A stretch of 64,000 nt of DNA from Candidatus Bathyarchaeia archaeon (lineage in GTDB: Archaea > Thermoproteota > Bathyarchaeia > 40CM-2-53-6): NCBI GenBank assembly GCA_050013255.1, contig JBEKFP010000001.1, forward strand, positions 896,001-960,000, in the 5' to 3' direction. This document shows, piece after piece, positions 29,692 through 39,196 of the stretch. Made by a program: the position numbers and the translations under genes. Below the pieces are notes generated by a model that searched no databases, was not told where the DNA came from, and saw only the letters and a program-made list of their open reading frames with translations. Numbering within the stretch: the stretch's first letter is position 1; each line of letters begins with the position of its first letter.

Positions 29692-31503
29692 TTATTCCGC
29701 TTTTTCGTCTATGAGACTGGCGGTGCTTCCTTCGGTTGAATAGCCCAGATCCTGTTTCTCGTGAATATACTGTATCGATTCCTTGAACGCGTGGGGTAGG
29801 AATATGGGGCTAAGTCTTGCTCCTTGGATGGCGTATCCTTTTCGACCCCTAATTAGGAACAACAAAAGGGCCAATGAAATGGGAACTAACCAAAGATTCG
29901 CTAGGGCCTGCAGCAACTGCACCCGTAAGCCGGGGAGCATGCTTGCTGCTACGATGTCGATCTTAGAAGTTAGTGTCCTCGAAACTATTGGGAACACGTA
30001 GTGCTGAATGAACATCAGAACTGATAAAGCGGCTCCGACTACGAGGGTTCTCCAATTATAACGCCTGATATGTTCTATCGAACTGACGTTTGAGTAAGGT
30101 ATCTCCGTAGTGCTCCTGGAAAGCCGGCCCTGTTGAATGAACACCCTCTTGTTCGTGGCGACAAGCTTCTGCGAGCCATGGGACCAGGTACGAGCTACTA
30201 CCTCCGGTTCTGAAAGCGTGGATCTGACTTCCTTTGGAAGTTTCGCTAGACCGCTTTCCTCTTCGATTTCTTTCGTAAGAGCCTGGTCTAAATTTCCGAT
30301 TAATTTTGTGAGCGTGAATTCTCCAGCCCTTTTCCTCGCATTAGCTGAGTATTTCTCCCGCCTTGAACTATCTTCGACCAGTTCCACTACTGCATGGGCC
30401 GCCCCTTCAACGTCGCTAGGCCCCTTCACGTGGACGCCTTCCTGCCCGTTTCTAACAATCCACGATTGCCCGCCGACGCCTGAGGTGATCACCGGTACTC
30501 CCCTGAACATGAATTCAAGCTGAGTCAACCCCAGAGCCTCCATCCTGCTAAGCAGAATATTGAGGTAGGAAGATTCGATGAGTTGCACTTTTTCCTTTTC
30601 TCCTATTTCACCAAGATACGTAACGTTCACCAGTCCCTTCGCCCTCTCGATCACTTGCTCAGCGTATTCTGAATCACCTGAACCAGCTATGACAAAATGA
30701 ATTCCCTTTCTCTCCTTCAACTTTTCAGCAACTTCAAGAACTGCCATTGTATTCTTCCGTTCCTCGATCGTTCCAAGGTATGCAACTATCTTCGTATCGC
30801 GGGGAAGGTTGAAGCGTTGTAGTAGCTCTCCTGGGCTTGATGTTGCGAAACGGATGAACTCGTTATCGTCAACTCCTCCAGGGAAAAGAATACATTTCTC
30901 CCGAAGTGCGCCCATCTTTACTTTTGCCTGTTCCTCGTAGGGAGTCACTACGAGAACCAAGTTAGCGACACGAAGTATTGTTCTCAATGACAGGCGGTTC
31001 CATGCCATTCTGAAAGAACGTTCAACCACTGAGTATCTCCGGGCTGAGGGTTCTTGAAAATGGGACATGTGGCAAAATATCAGCGGATCTTGAAATCCGC
31101 CTAATTCCTTTATGTTGTGCCTCCATTCCACAAACTTCGCGACTTCTTCCGGTCCATTCCACATCGTGCTGTGAGTTATCAATACGTTAAGCCCGAAATC
31201 GTTGACAATTTCCTCCAATACGTGGACTACGTCCTTCAGGCTAACCCGGCGGGGGGGCCATTTAGAAGTAAAACTGCCCACACGAATAATCGGGATATCC
31301 AATTCACCGTCATTTACCTCAACATATCCCTTTTCTCCGAGAGATTCTTCACTGGCGATCTCTTTTCCATCGTGGTAAAGGCTGGTGATCAGGTATGCCG
31401 CGTGGCCGAGTCGCCTAAAATAGGTCACCATTCTTTGAGCAACAAGTTCTTGTCCCTTGGAGCGGCTCGTCTGATACATTATGACACCAATCTTCAGCTT
31501 CAA
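29692..31503 (-). CDS. GT4 glycosyltransferase fused to a C-terminal PH-like and membrane domain
   Basis: GTIEERKN, EALGLTQLEFM (EX7E), GVPVI; C-terminal LVATNKRV..EIPYSNVSSIE plus two TM segments. Confidence 0.85.
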   Translation of the reverse strand: MKLKIGVIMYQTSRSKGQELVAQRMVTYFRRLGHAAYLITSLYHDGKEIASEESLGEKGYVEVNDGELDIPIIRVGSFTSKWPPRRVSLKDVVHVLEEIVNDFGLNVLITHSTMWNGPEEVAKFVEWRHNIKELGGFQDPLIFCHMSHFQEPSARRYSVVERSFRMAWNRLSLRTILRVANLVLVVTPYEEQAKVKMGALREKCILFPGGVDDNEFIRFATSSPGELLQRFNLPRDTKIVAYLGTIEERKNTMAVLEVAEKLKERKGIHFVIAGSGDSEYAEQVIERAKGLVNVTYLGEIGEKEKVQLIESSYLNILLSRMEALGLTQLEFMFRGVPVITSGVGGQSWIVRNGQEGVHVKGPSDVEGAAHAVVELVEDSSRREKYSANARKRAGEFTLTKLIGNLDQALTKEIEEESGLAKLPKEVRSTLSEPEVVARTWSHGSQKLVATNKRVFIQQGRLSRSTTEIPYSNVSSIEHIRRYNWRTLVVGAALSVLMFIQHYVFPIVSRTLTSKIDIVAASMLPGLRVQLLQALANLWLVPISLALLLFLIRGRKGYAIQGARLSPIFLPHAFKESIQYIHEKQDLGYSTEGSTASLIDEKAE

Positions 31504-31579
31504 GGGAGCTCACGCAAATACTCCTATGAGCCACCAGCGTTATAACGACATGTCCGCCGTGTGAGGACTGGTTCCTAAA

Positions 31580-32356
31580 ATGACACAGGTAGAGGCAATC
31601 TTCTCCGACTATGATGGTACCCTATGCGCACTGGAACTTCGACGAGAAGACGCGTTTATCTCACCTAGGCTAAGGCGGGTGCTCACCAAAGCGAGTAAAC
31701 GGGTCAAGCTAGGCATCATAACGACCAAGGACCTTTACTTCATCAAGGACCGGGTACCATTTGCACACGGCTACGCAGCTACATCCGGATTAGAGATGCA
31801 AGTGGGCGACAAAATCACCCTCGACGAACGCGTCCGCGAATCCAACCCAAAGCTTGAGAAAGCATATCAAGACGCTCTCAAGAAAATACTTCAGATCCGC
31901 GACAACATAATGGTGGAAAGGAAGGAGACAGAGGACGGCGGCCTGATTGCTTTCTGCATTGATTGGAGGCTGTCGCGAAATTGGGATGAAGCGCATAGAA
32001 AAGCTGTACCCGTGCTCGCGCTCTGTAAGGACCAGGGGATGTATGTCGTCGAATCCAGTATCAGCCCATTCGCGAACATCTTTCCATTTGAAGTGGACAA
32101 GGGCGCGGCTTTTGTTAAATTGCGGAAGGAAATGGGTGTGACAGGCCCGGTGATGTATCTGGGGGATTCGGAGGCTGATGACCCCGCCTTCCAGCTTGCG
32201 GATATTTCAGTAGGAATCAAGCACCGCCGAGTCATGCCACCGTTAAAATGCAAATACAAGTTGGAATTCTTCGAACTCGAAGTCTTTCTCTCGAAACTGA
32301 TAGAATCGAATTTCAATTTTCAAGACGGAATGCTGCAGAAAAACATTCAAGGTTAG
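31580..32356 (+). CDS. HAD IIB hydrolase, trehalose-6-phosphate phosphatase-like
   Basis: SDYDGTL, VDKGAA, YLGDSEADDPAF. Confidence 0.8.
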   Translation: MTQVEAIFSDYDGTLCALELRREDAFISPRLRRVLTKASKRVKLGIITTKDLYFIKDRVPFAHGYAATSGLEMQVGDKITLDERVRESNPKLEKAYQDALKKILQIRDNIMVERKETEDGGLIAFCIDWRLSRNWDEAHRKAVPVLALCKDQGMYVVESSISPFANIFPFEVDKGAAFVKLRKEMGVTGPVMYLGDSEADDPAFQLADISVGIKHRRVMPPLKCKYKLEFFELEVFLSKLIESNFNFQDGMLQKNIQG

Positions 32357-32475
32357 AACCAACCCCCATGGTCGGGGCGTTTCCAAGGTTTCTACTTGAG
32401 GTGCTGGATTTCTACCAAGTGTAATTACAATTAACCGCTATCAAGCAGAGGTAACGCTCAGGAGGTTCAAGGAAT

Positions 32476-32937
32476 ATGAATGGGATTTCCCCTGTAAAGC
32501 ACGGGTTCGTTGACCTCGCCGCCGTTCTGTTCGTAATCGGTGGCGTCGTAAGCCTGGTCATGAGTCTTCTGACGCTCCCCATCGCTAGCATCTACCCCTT
32601 CACCTTACCATCAAACCTTGGCACAGAATTCATTGTGGTACTCGGCATAACCGTGATCTGTTCCCTCGGAGCGATCCACTGCTACTCGCTGGCGACCAAA
32701 CGCATGCTATCCGAAGCAGGGATCAGAGGGTTGATCTTCGGAGCACTACTGCTAATCTTCAGTTTAGGCTTAATTGGTAGCTTCCTGGGATCAAGCACGA
32801 CGACCGTACTCAACACTCTGAGCGCTGTCCTGATACTTGTTGCGGGCATCATCTGTTTCACTCTAAGGCACACAGCAATTTCTGCATCTGCTATAGCACG
32901 TCAACATGCCATCGCTCAACCAGCATTCCAGGCATAG
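32476..32937 (+). CDS. 4-TM hypothetical membrane protein (paralog of 43833..44219)
   Basis: Four hydrophobic helices; ICSLGAIHCYSL motif. Confidence 0.75.
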   Translation: MNGISPVKHGFVDLAAVLFVIGGVVSLVMSLLTLPIASIYPFTLPSNLGTEFIVVLGITVICSLGAIHCYSLATKRMLSEAGIRGLIFGALLLIFSLGLIGSFLGSSTTTVLNTLSAVLILVAGIICFTLRHTAISASAIARQHAIAQPAFQA

Positions 32938-33141
32938 GGCACGAACCCAAACCTATTTTTTCCTTTGCACTTCAGAAGTAAGTGCACGGCTGGAGAACGG
33001 CTGTCATCCTAATGCAACAACGCTTTCGTGTACTGGCCGATTCGTTGGCTCTCGGGTTTCCGCAAAGCAACCGCTACATTGTTTACGAAGTGGTCACCGT
33101 AACGTACAAGGTTAGCAAGGTCTGCTTGAGATCGAATCGTC

Positions 33142-33381
33142 ATGGTCGAAGTAAAGAAACTGGCTGAGCAAATACTCGAATTCCTTCATAAAGAAGAGGA
33201 AAAGCACGGACACCTGAACGTTACCTTGGCTTCATTGTACAAGGCCTTCGAAAATGAAGCCTCTTACGATGTTGTTCAAAGTGCCGTAAGATTTCTGGCT
33301 GATAGAGATTTGATCGCACCCTTCAGCTATAGCTTGACTGCGAAGGGAAGACGGGAACATGGCCTTAGGCAGAAGACTTGA
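33142..33381 (+). CDS. Small winged-helix-like protein
   Basis: ILEFL..L..L....AVRFLADRDLI..YSLTAKGR pattern. Confidence 0.6.
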   Translation: MVEVKKLAEQILEFLHKEEEKHGHLNVTLASLYKAFENEASYDVVQSAVRFLADRDLIAPFSYSLTAKGRREHGLRQKT

Positions 33382-33446
33382 CACGGCAGTCTATGGATAA
33401 TTGGCGTTTTCAGCATATTTCTCGCAGTCCTAGTATCGAGGCAGCA

Positions 33447-34412
33447 TTATTGGTGGCCCATTATAGGGTGGGGTTTGTACCCCGCTTCTAAACGTTTCAT
33501 CTCTTCTGCATCGAGCTTCACATCAATCGACGCTACAGCTTCTTCTATGTGCTCGACCTTTGTTGCTCCGATTATCGGTGAAGTGACGCCTTTATGGAGT
33601 AGCCACGAGAGAGCAATCTGAGCAGGCGTCACACCCTTTTGCTTCGCCAATGATTCAACCGTCTCCACTACATCAAAGTCTTCAGGTCTGAAGTATCGGC
33701 CTGCTAGGTGCTCGTCGCTCTCGTAGCGAGTGCTCTTCGGTTTTTCACCCCGTTTGTATCTTCCCGTCAGAAAGCCCCGGGCAAGCGGACTCCAAGGAAT
33801 CAAGGCAGTTCCCTCCTCCTTGCAGAGCGGAATCATCTCCCGCTCTTCCTCACGGTAAAGCAGGCTGTAGTGGTTTTGCATGCTGACGAATCTTTCCAGG
33901 CCTAGCCGATCGCTTGTTTGTAACGCTTTGAGAAATTGCCAGGCGAACATGCTCGAGGCACCAATGTAATGCGTAAACCCTCGGTGAACGACTTCGTCAA
34001 GTGCTCGCATTGTTTCTTGGATAGGTGTATTGTAGTCCCATCGATGGATTTGGTATAGGTCAACGTGGTCCGTCTGCAAACGTTTTAAGGACGCTTTGAT
34101 TTGATTCATGATATGCCGGCGGGAAAGGCCTGAGTCGTTCGGGCCATCACCTGTAGGAAAGTAGACTTTCGTCGCGATGATGACGTTTTCTCGGTTCCCT
34201 TTCAAGCATTCACCTGTAATTTCCTCGGATCTGCCTGAGGAGTAAGCGTTCGCGGTATCGAAGAAGTTTATTCCAAGGTCCACTGCTTTTTTGAGTAGTT
34301 TCTGGGCTTGGTTGACCTCAAGTTTCCAAGCTGCGTCATTGCCAAATGACATGCAACCCAAGCATATCCGCGACACCTTGACGCCTGCTTTTCCAAGATT
34401 CACATATTCCAT
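33447..34412 (-). CDS. Aldo/keto reductase
   Basis: LGCMSFG, FFDTANAY, SLKRLQTDHVDLYQIH, PWSPLARG. Confidence 0.95.
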   Translation of the reverse strand: MEYVNLGKAGVKVSRICLGCMSFGNDAAWKLEVNQAQKLLKKAVDLGINFFDTANAYSSGRSEEITGECLKGNRENVIIATKVYFPTGDGPNDSGLSRRHIMNQIKASLKRLQTDHVDLYQIHRWDYNTPIQETMRALDEVVHRGFTHYIGASSMFAWQFLKALQTSDRLGLERFVSMQNHYSLLYREEEREMIPLCKEEGTALIPWSPLARGFLTGRYKRGEKPKSTRYESDEHLAGRYFRPEDFDVVETVESLAKQKGVTPAQIALSWLLHKGVTSPIIGATKVEHIEEAVASIDVKLDAEEMKRLEAGYKPHPIMGHQ

Positions 34413-34498
34413 GAGGGGCGCCTGCTACGTTCAGCCTTCCGTCCTTCCTTCGCCACGCGGCGAATTAGAAGATGGTTGAAATCTGGGGTATTATGCGG

Positions 34499-34807
34499 CT
34501 AGATTTGTACTTTCAGTGTTATCGTGACGTGGTCCGGGTACCTCGGACGCCCCATTTCCTGGTATTCATCTTCGGTTAGTGTGACAATGAGGCGAGGTGT
34601 GCCGAGTTGTTGGCCGACGCCAGGAAGCTGTGTTAGAACTCTTTGGACGGCTATTGTTACGCCTGCCATTTCCCTATCCATATCAAGCGGCATGGTTACG
34701 GGGCCCTTGAGCGGGTCGCCTAACGTTATCTGAACCATCGTCCTTCCTTGAGAGGACTGAATGGGCGTAACCACAAGTACGGTTCCCTCGATAGTAACCT
34801 CTCCCAT
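34499..34807 (-). CDS. Arcadin-1-like protein
   Basis: IEGTV..G..MVQI..GPV...RVLTQLP..PRLIVTLTEDEY..G matches my recollection of the Pyrobaculum arcadin-1 pattern. Confidence 0.6.
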   Translation of the reverse strand: MGEVTIEGTVLVVTPIQSSQGRTMVQITLGDPLKGPVTMPLDMDREMAGVTIAVQRVLTQLPGVGQQLGTPRLIVTLTEDEYQEMGRPRYPDHVTITLKVQI

Positions 34808-34896
34808 ACTGATCACGATTCAACCGCGCTAAACCGGTTGCCTGCTATTCTAAGGTTGTGGGAATCGTGGTACTTTCATTCAAATGCCGATAGAAT

Positions 34897-35163
34897 TCAT
34901 GCTGACGGCTTTACTCTGTAAACGATGTCGCTCTCTCTAACGTGGCCGGATACTTTCATCCCCACGCTTTGTCCGGCTTGGGCGTTAACAATCTGTTTGT
35001 GTTCAATTTCCATCGAGTCTACTAGCTGTTCAATGTTGGTAGTGCTACCTCGAATAACGATCTTATCGCCTCTGTTGAGTGGGGCCGTTAACTCAACTAC
35101 GGCTACGCTTGCTTTCGAGTAGAAGTGCGTGATTCTGCCAACTTTCTCATATGGCGCTTCCAT
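34897..35163 (-). CDS. Translation-elongation-factor-like small beta-barrel protein (U32 C-terminal-like)
   Basis: VGRITHFYSKASVA, GD.I.I.G.TT, VDSMEIEH, AGQSVG. Confidence 0.8.
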   Translation of the reverse strand: MEAPYEKVGRITHFYSKASVAVVELTAPLNRGDKIVIRGSTTNIEQLVDSMEIEHKQIVNAQAGQSVGMKVSGHVRESDIVYRVKPSA

Positions 35164-35311
35164 ATGGAATCAGTTTAAGGACCGCGGCTTTGGTTGAATT
35201 GTTTTGCGGTCTTTTTCATATTTTGGATAATGGCGGTAAGGCGAGGACACGCGACCGTGCGTTTGCACGTGGAGCGTTGTCGGCTCGCCCACCGCTCTGA
35301 CTTCTACGGGC

Positions 35312-37426
35312 ATGGAGCGTGTCATATTAATGTTCCGTAAATTGAACATTAGTGTACCTTGTAATTTGCGGCCCAACCTACCAATGAGAAGACTTAGCTT
35401 TCGCTTCTCACGAACTAGGGTAGAAATTCATAGCGGGGCGAACGCATTCCAGTCCTCAATCCAACCAATTGTGGAGGACATTCTCTCCAAACGGCCTGAC
35501 CTATCACAAGACCAAGTTCTAGCACTCATAGACGAGAAAAAGAAGGAAGGCCGCGGCTTACTCTCGGACGAAGGCGCGGCCAGGCTTGTGGCTGAAGAGC
35601 TTCTAGTACAAACCCGCGGAACCGAACTAGGGAGAATGCAAGTAAAGGGCCTCGTCAGCGGCCTTAACGACGTAAGCATCTCAGGCCGCGTGCTCTTGGC
35701 GTACCCTCCCCAACAATTCCAGCGTCGCGACGGAACGCCAGGCCGAGTCATGCGGCTAGTAATAGTAGATAAAAGTGGCCGTGTTCGTTGCGCTCTTTGG
35801 GACAAGCATGTAGATGTGCTCTCGAGAGCTGGGAGCCTGCAGGGTAAGGTCCTACGGATCGGTCACGCTTACACTAGGCAAGGGCTGGCAGGGGACACTG
35901 AGGTCCACGCAGGGGATCGAGCAAGTATAGAGATCGACCCACAAGACATGCCGACCACTGACTTTCCCGAATTCCGGGAACTGTTCACGCCCCTTGGCAA
36001 ATTAGCGGTTGATGCGTACCAACTGAATGTCGTCGGCGTAATACAGGCCGAACCGAGGCATTACACCTTTCAGAAAGAGGACCGGCCTGGCAGCGTTCTT
36101 AGAACCGTTATCGCAGACGAATCTGGAAGTATGCCCCTAGTCGCATGGAACGAGCGAGCTGAAGAGTTGCGGGAAGTTAAGAAAGGCGAGATTCTGCAGG
36201 TTCTCAACGCAAGAACGCGGTTGGACAACAATGCCCGTCCTGAACTGCACGTTGAAAGCCGAAGCCAAATAGAGATTCTCCAAACACCTCCCGACTACTT
36301 GAAGTTGCCCGTAGCCAAGACCTACAAGCTAGCAGACCTTACTGGCCAGCTTGCTTCCGTGGACCTGTCAGTTTCTGTGCTAGTCAAAGGCCCGATTCAG
36401 GAAATTAAAAGGGTAACGGGGGAAACTGCAAAAGTTGCAAGGCTTATCGTTGCTGATGAAAGCGGAATCGTTTCCCTGTCTCTCTGGGACGACAAAGCGG
36501 AGCTCGTTAACAAACTCGTAGAGGGTGAAAGCGTCGACGTCCGCGGAGTCTCCGTTCGCGAAAGATTAGGAGAGATAAGCCTCAGTGTTGGAAGGTCGGG
36601 TGAATTACAAAAATCAACAAGAAGGATTGAAGCCAAACAGGTAACGAAGTTAGATTCTATCAAGAACGCGAAGGGCCTTTTGATTGTGGAAGGCTCTATC
36701 TCCGACCAGCCTTCGGCGAGGCAGGTCGTAACTGACAAGGGGGAAACAGTCAACCTGGCATCCTTCACACTTCGCGACGACAGCGGCTCGGCGAAGGCAA
36801 CTTTCTGGCGAGATCAAGTTGCCACGGTCACACCTTTGAGGCCGGGAACGCGCGTAAGGATCACTGGACTGAGGGTAAGGGCAGGACTTGGAGGGGAACT
36901 GGAGCTAAATTCGGTACCGGCGACCAAAATCCAGACGCTTGAGCAACCGGTGACTGAAAGACCAGCTTGGGAGGATATTCGACATGTGATAGCACTCGAA
37001 CCGGGCTTGACCACTTGGGTCAAGGGCATAATCCTCGAAATCCTCGGCGACCCCAAGCTTCTAGCCCTCTGCGAAACATGTGACTCGCCGCTAACCGTCT
37101 TAGCGAGGAAGTTCAATTGCTCAAACTGCAAATCAGCGAAGGCAGGTAAGGTCGGGTTCACGGGCCGTTTCAAGATCGATGACGGAACCGGTGTAGGAGA
37201 GGTAACAATCTCTGGGCTCGAATCCACAAAGTTCACGTCAAGAAAGCCCGCGGATGCTTTGGAACAAATGCTTAAGGAAGGTGTTCCGCAACTCGTGCTG
37301 GAAAAGGGAGAACTCGGCGCCATGATTGGAAAGGAGATTGAAGTATACGGAACAGCCGAGCCAACCGGAACCACAGCCAAATTCGAAGTTAAGGCCAAGA
37401 AGGTCGTAGTGGTGGGTAAGCTCTAG
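35312..37426 (+). CDS. rpa: Replication protein A (multiple OB folds plus zinc finger)
   Basis: LLSDEGAARLVAEEL; repeated D(K/E/D)SG....W OB motifs; CETC...CSNC; true start probably near 35470. Confidence 0.9.
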   Translation: MERVILMFRKLNISVPCNLRPNLPMRRLSFRFSRTRVEIHSGANAFQSSIQPIVEDILSKRPDLSQDQVLALIDEKKKEGRGLLSDEGAARLVAEELLVQTRGTELGRMQVKGLVSGLNDVSISGRVLLAYPPQQFQRRDGTPGRVMRLVIVDKSGRVRCALWDKHVDVLSRAGSLQGKVLRIGHAYTRQGLAGDTEVHAGDRASIEIDPQDMPTTDFPEFRELFTPLGKLAVDAYQLNVVGVIQAEPRHYTFQKEDRPGSVLRTVIADESGSMPLVAWNERAEELREVKKGEILQVLNARTRLDNNARPELHVESRSQIEILQTPPDYLKLPVAKTYKLADLTGQLASVDLSVSVLVKGPIQEIKRVTGETAKVARLIVADESGIVSLSLWDDKAELVNKLVEGESVDVRGVSVRERLGEISLSVGRSGELQKSTRRIEAKQVTKLDSIKNAKGLLIVEGSISDQPSARQVVTDKGETVNLASFTLRDDSGSAKATFWRDQVATVTPLRPGTRVRITGLRVRAGLGGELELNSVPATKIQTLEQPVTERPAWEDIRHVIALEPGLTTWVKGIILEILGDPKLLALCETCDSPLTVLARKFNCSNCKSAKAGKVGFTGRFKIDDGTGVGEVTISGLESTKFTSRKPADALEQMLKEGVPQLVLEKGELGAMIGKEIEVYGTAEPTGTTAKFEVKAKKVVVVGKL

Positions 37427-37573
37427 AAATTCGCCATTCCAAAAATCTAATATCTCCTTTCAATGTGAATTAGCCCTTGAGAATCGTGATACTAAGGGAG
37501 TCCATGCAGCCCCTATGATGCTGCTTTTCTTATTCTGAAAAGCCGACCTCAACATGCTTTGTAGGTAGATCTT

Positions 37574-38026
37574 TTGTCACTCCTCCGCAACGTTATCGGG
37601 CCACATCCCAACTTATGGGATTTCATCAACACCATAAAGAATCCAACCGTCAAACAAACAATAAAGAAACGTATTCAAGAGTACCAGGCAAAACCCGACG
37701 TGATCGACAAGTTCTCAAGCATAACCGACCGTTACTTTTTCGTAGTCTTCGCAACTGAATGGAACGCCGAATGCCGCGCCGAGCTCCCGAATCTCGCGAA
37801 AGTTTTCATCGCCGCAAACAACGCTGCCCTGAACATCAAAGTCATTGACTTCGACGAGAACCGTGACATAGCCGACGAAATGAACGTGCTCAGAATCCCA
37901 ACCATAATAATCCACAACCGCGCCTGGCGAGAGATAGGTAGGTTCGTGGAGAAACCCCAACATGGCGGAACGCTTGAGGAAGAACTCTGGGGAATTATCG
38001 AGAAAAACATTCAGAAGACACAATGA
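37574..38026 (+). CDS. Thioredoxin-fold protein with degenerate active site
   Basis: EWNAEC in place of WCxxC; RIPTII, EIGRFVE. Confidence 0.75.
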   Translation: MSLLRNVIGPHPNLWDFINTIKNPTVKQTIKKRIQEYQAKPDVIDKFSSITDRYFFVVFATEWNAECRAELPNLAKVFIAANNAALNIKVIDFDENRDIADEMNVLRIPTIIIHNRAWREIGRFVEKPQHGGTLEEELWGIIEKNIQKTQ

Positions 38027-38068
38027 AAACCCATACCGTATCCTACCTAAGCAACTAGTGGTAATGTA

Positions 38069-38560
38069 ATGGACACTTTCACCTGCATCAGAACTCGCCG
38101 CGAAATCCGAGAATACTTAGACAAGCCCATACCAGACGAGAGCTTGCAGCGAATCCTCGAAGCAGGCCGCCTCGCACCAAGCTCAAAGAATTCACAACCA
38201 TGGCATTTCATCGCCATCAGGAACAAGGACACTCTCAGGAAGATTTCCGAGCTAACACCTACGGGGGCACACATTGCGAAAGCCCCACTAGCAATTGTGA
38301 TATTGATGGACTCCGCGAAGCTACCGGAGATTGACGGCACACGCGCAATTCAGAACATGGTTCTCGCAGCTTGGGAACTTGGAATCGGGTCTTGCTGGGT
38401 CACTAATTTCTATGATGACGGAGTTAAGGATCTCCTGAGTGCACCCCAGAGAATGAAATTGGTGACCGTAATGCCGTTCGGTTATCCAGCGGAGCCGAAA
38501 ACCAACCGGAAGAAGAACCGTAGGCCCATGCAGGAAATCGTACATTACGAGAAATTCTAA
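38069..38560 (+). CDS. Nitroreductase family protein
   Basis: RREIR, APSSKNSQPWHF, GIGSCW. Confidence 0.92.
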   Translation: MDTFTCIRTRREIREYLDKPIPDESLQRILEAGRLAPSSKNSQPWHFIAIRNKDTLRKISELTPTGAHIAKAPLAIVILMDSAKLPEIDGTRAIQNMVLAAWELGIGSCWVTNFYDDGVKDLLSAPQRMKLVTVMPFGYPAEPKTNRKKNRRPMQEIVHYEKF

Positions 38561-38594
38561 GCTCACCGCTGATTACATAGTTGGTTTCATGGTT

Positions 38595-39098
38595 TCAATA
38601 TGTTGAAACTTTGATGACGCCGGGAATTTTCAACATCTTTTGCAGTACTGTCCCGTTAAGTTCCTTTTCGACGACGAGCGTGAGTTTCGGTTCAGGCGTT
38701 AGGTCAGGGTCATCCGCAACGGCCTGCCTTATCGCGATATTCTCCTGCGCGATCAATGACGCTGCTTGAGCCACGATCCCAACTGTATGTGGGTCGGCGT
38801 AGATTTCGATGACGCTGTAGCCGAGAAACTTGGCAACATCCGCTAGGAACGGGCCTGCAGGACGGAGTTTCTGGAAGACAGAGTTGAGAATGGGGTCTGA
38901 GGAAATCAGTTGAGCCGTGTCCCTTACGGTTCTTCGGTCGACGTGCAAGTAACGGGCGATCTTGACGTCGGACAATTCGACACCGCCACAATAGATCTTG
39001 TTTTCCTCTCTGATGCTAAGGCCTAACTCTACGAACGCTCTCGCGACCTTCTGCCGGCCTGGATATTCTTTGAGCCGGTCTGAGATTTGTCTCCACAT
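38595..39098 (-). CDS. ACT-domain regulator of amino acid metabolism (COG2150-like)
   Basis: N-terminal HTH IARYLHVDRRTV; C-terminal ACT with IRQAVADDP. Confidence 0.8.
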   Translation of the reverse strand: MWRQISDRLKEYPGRQKVARAFVELGLSIREENKIYCGGVELSDVKIARYLHVDRRTVRDTAQLISSDPILNSVFQKLRPAGPFLADVAKFLGYSVIEIYADPHTVGIVAQAASLIAQENIAIRQAVADDPDLTPEPKLTLVVEKELNGTVLQKMLKIPGVIKVSTY

Positions 39099-39196
39099 GT
39101 CTGAGCATCAACCCATAATGTACAGAAGTGTGCAATAAAGTCTTAAATTCTACTATAACGTTTCCAGCTGACATCATTGCACAGGAAACACACTCC

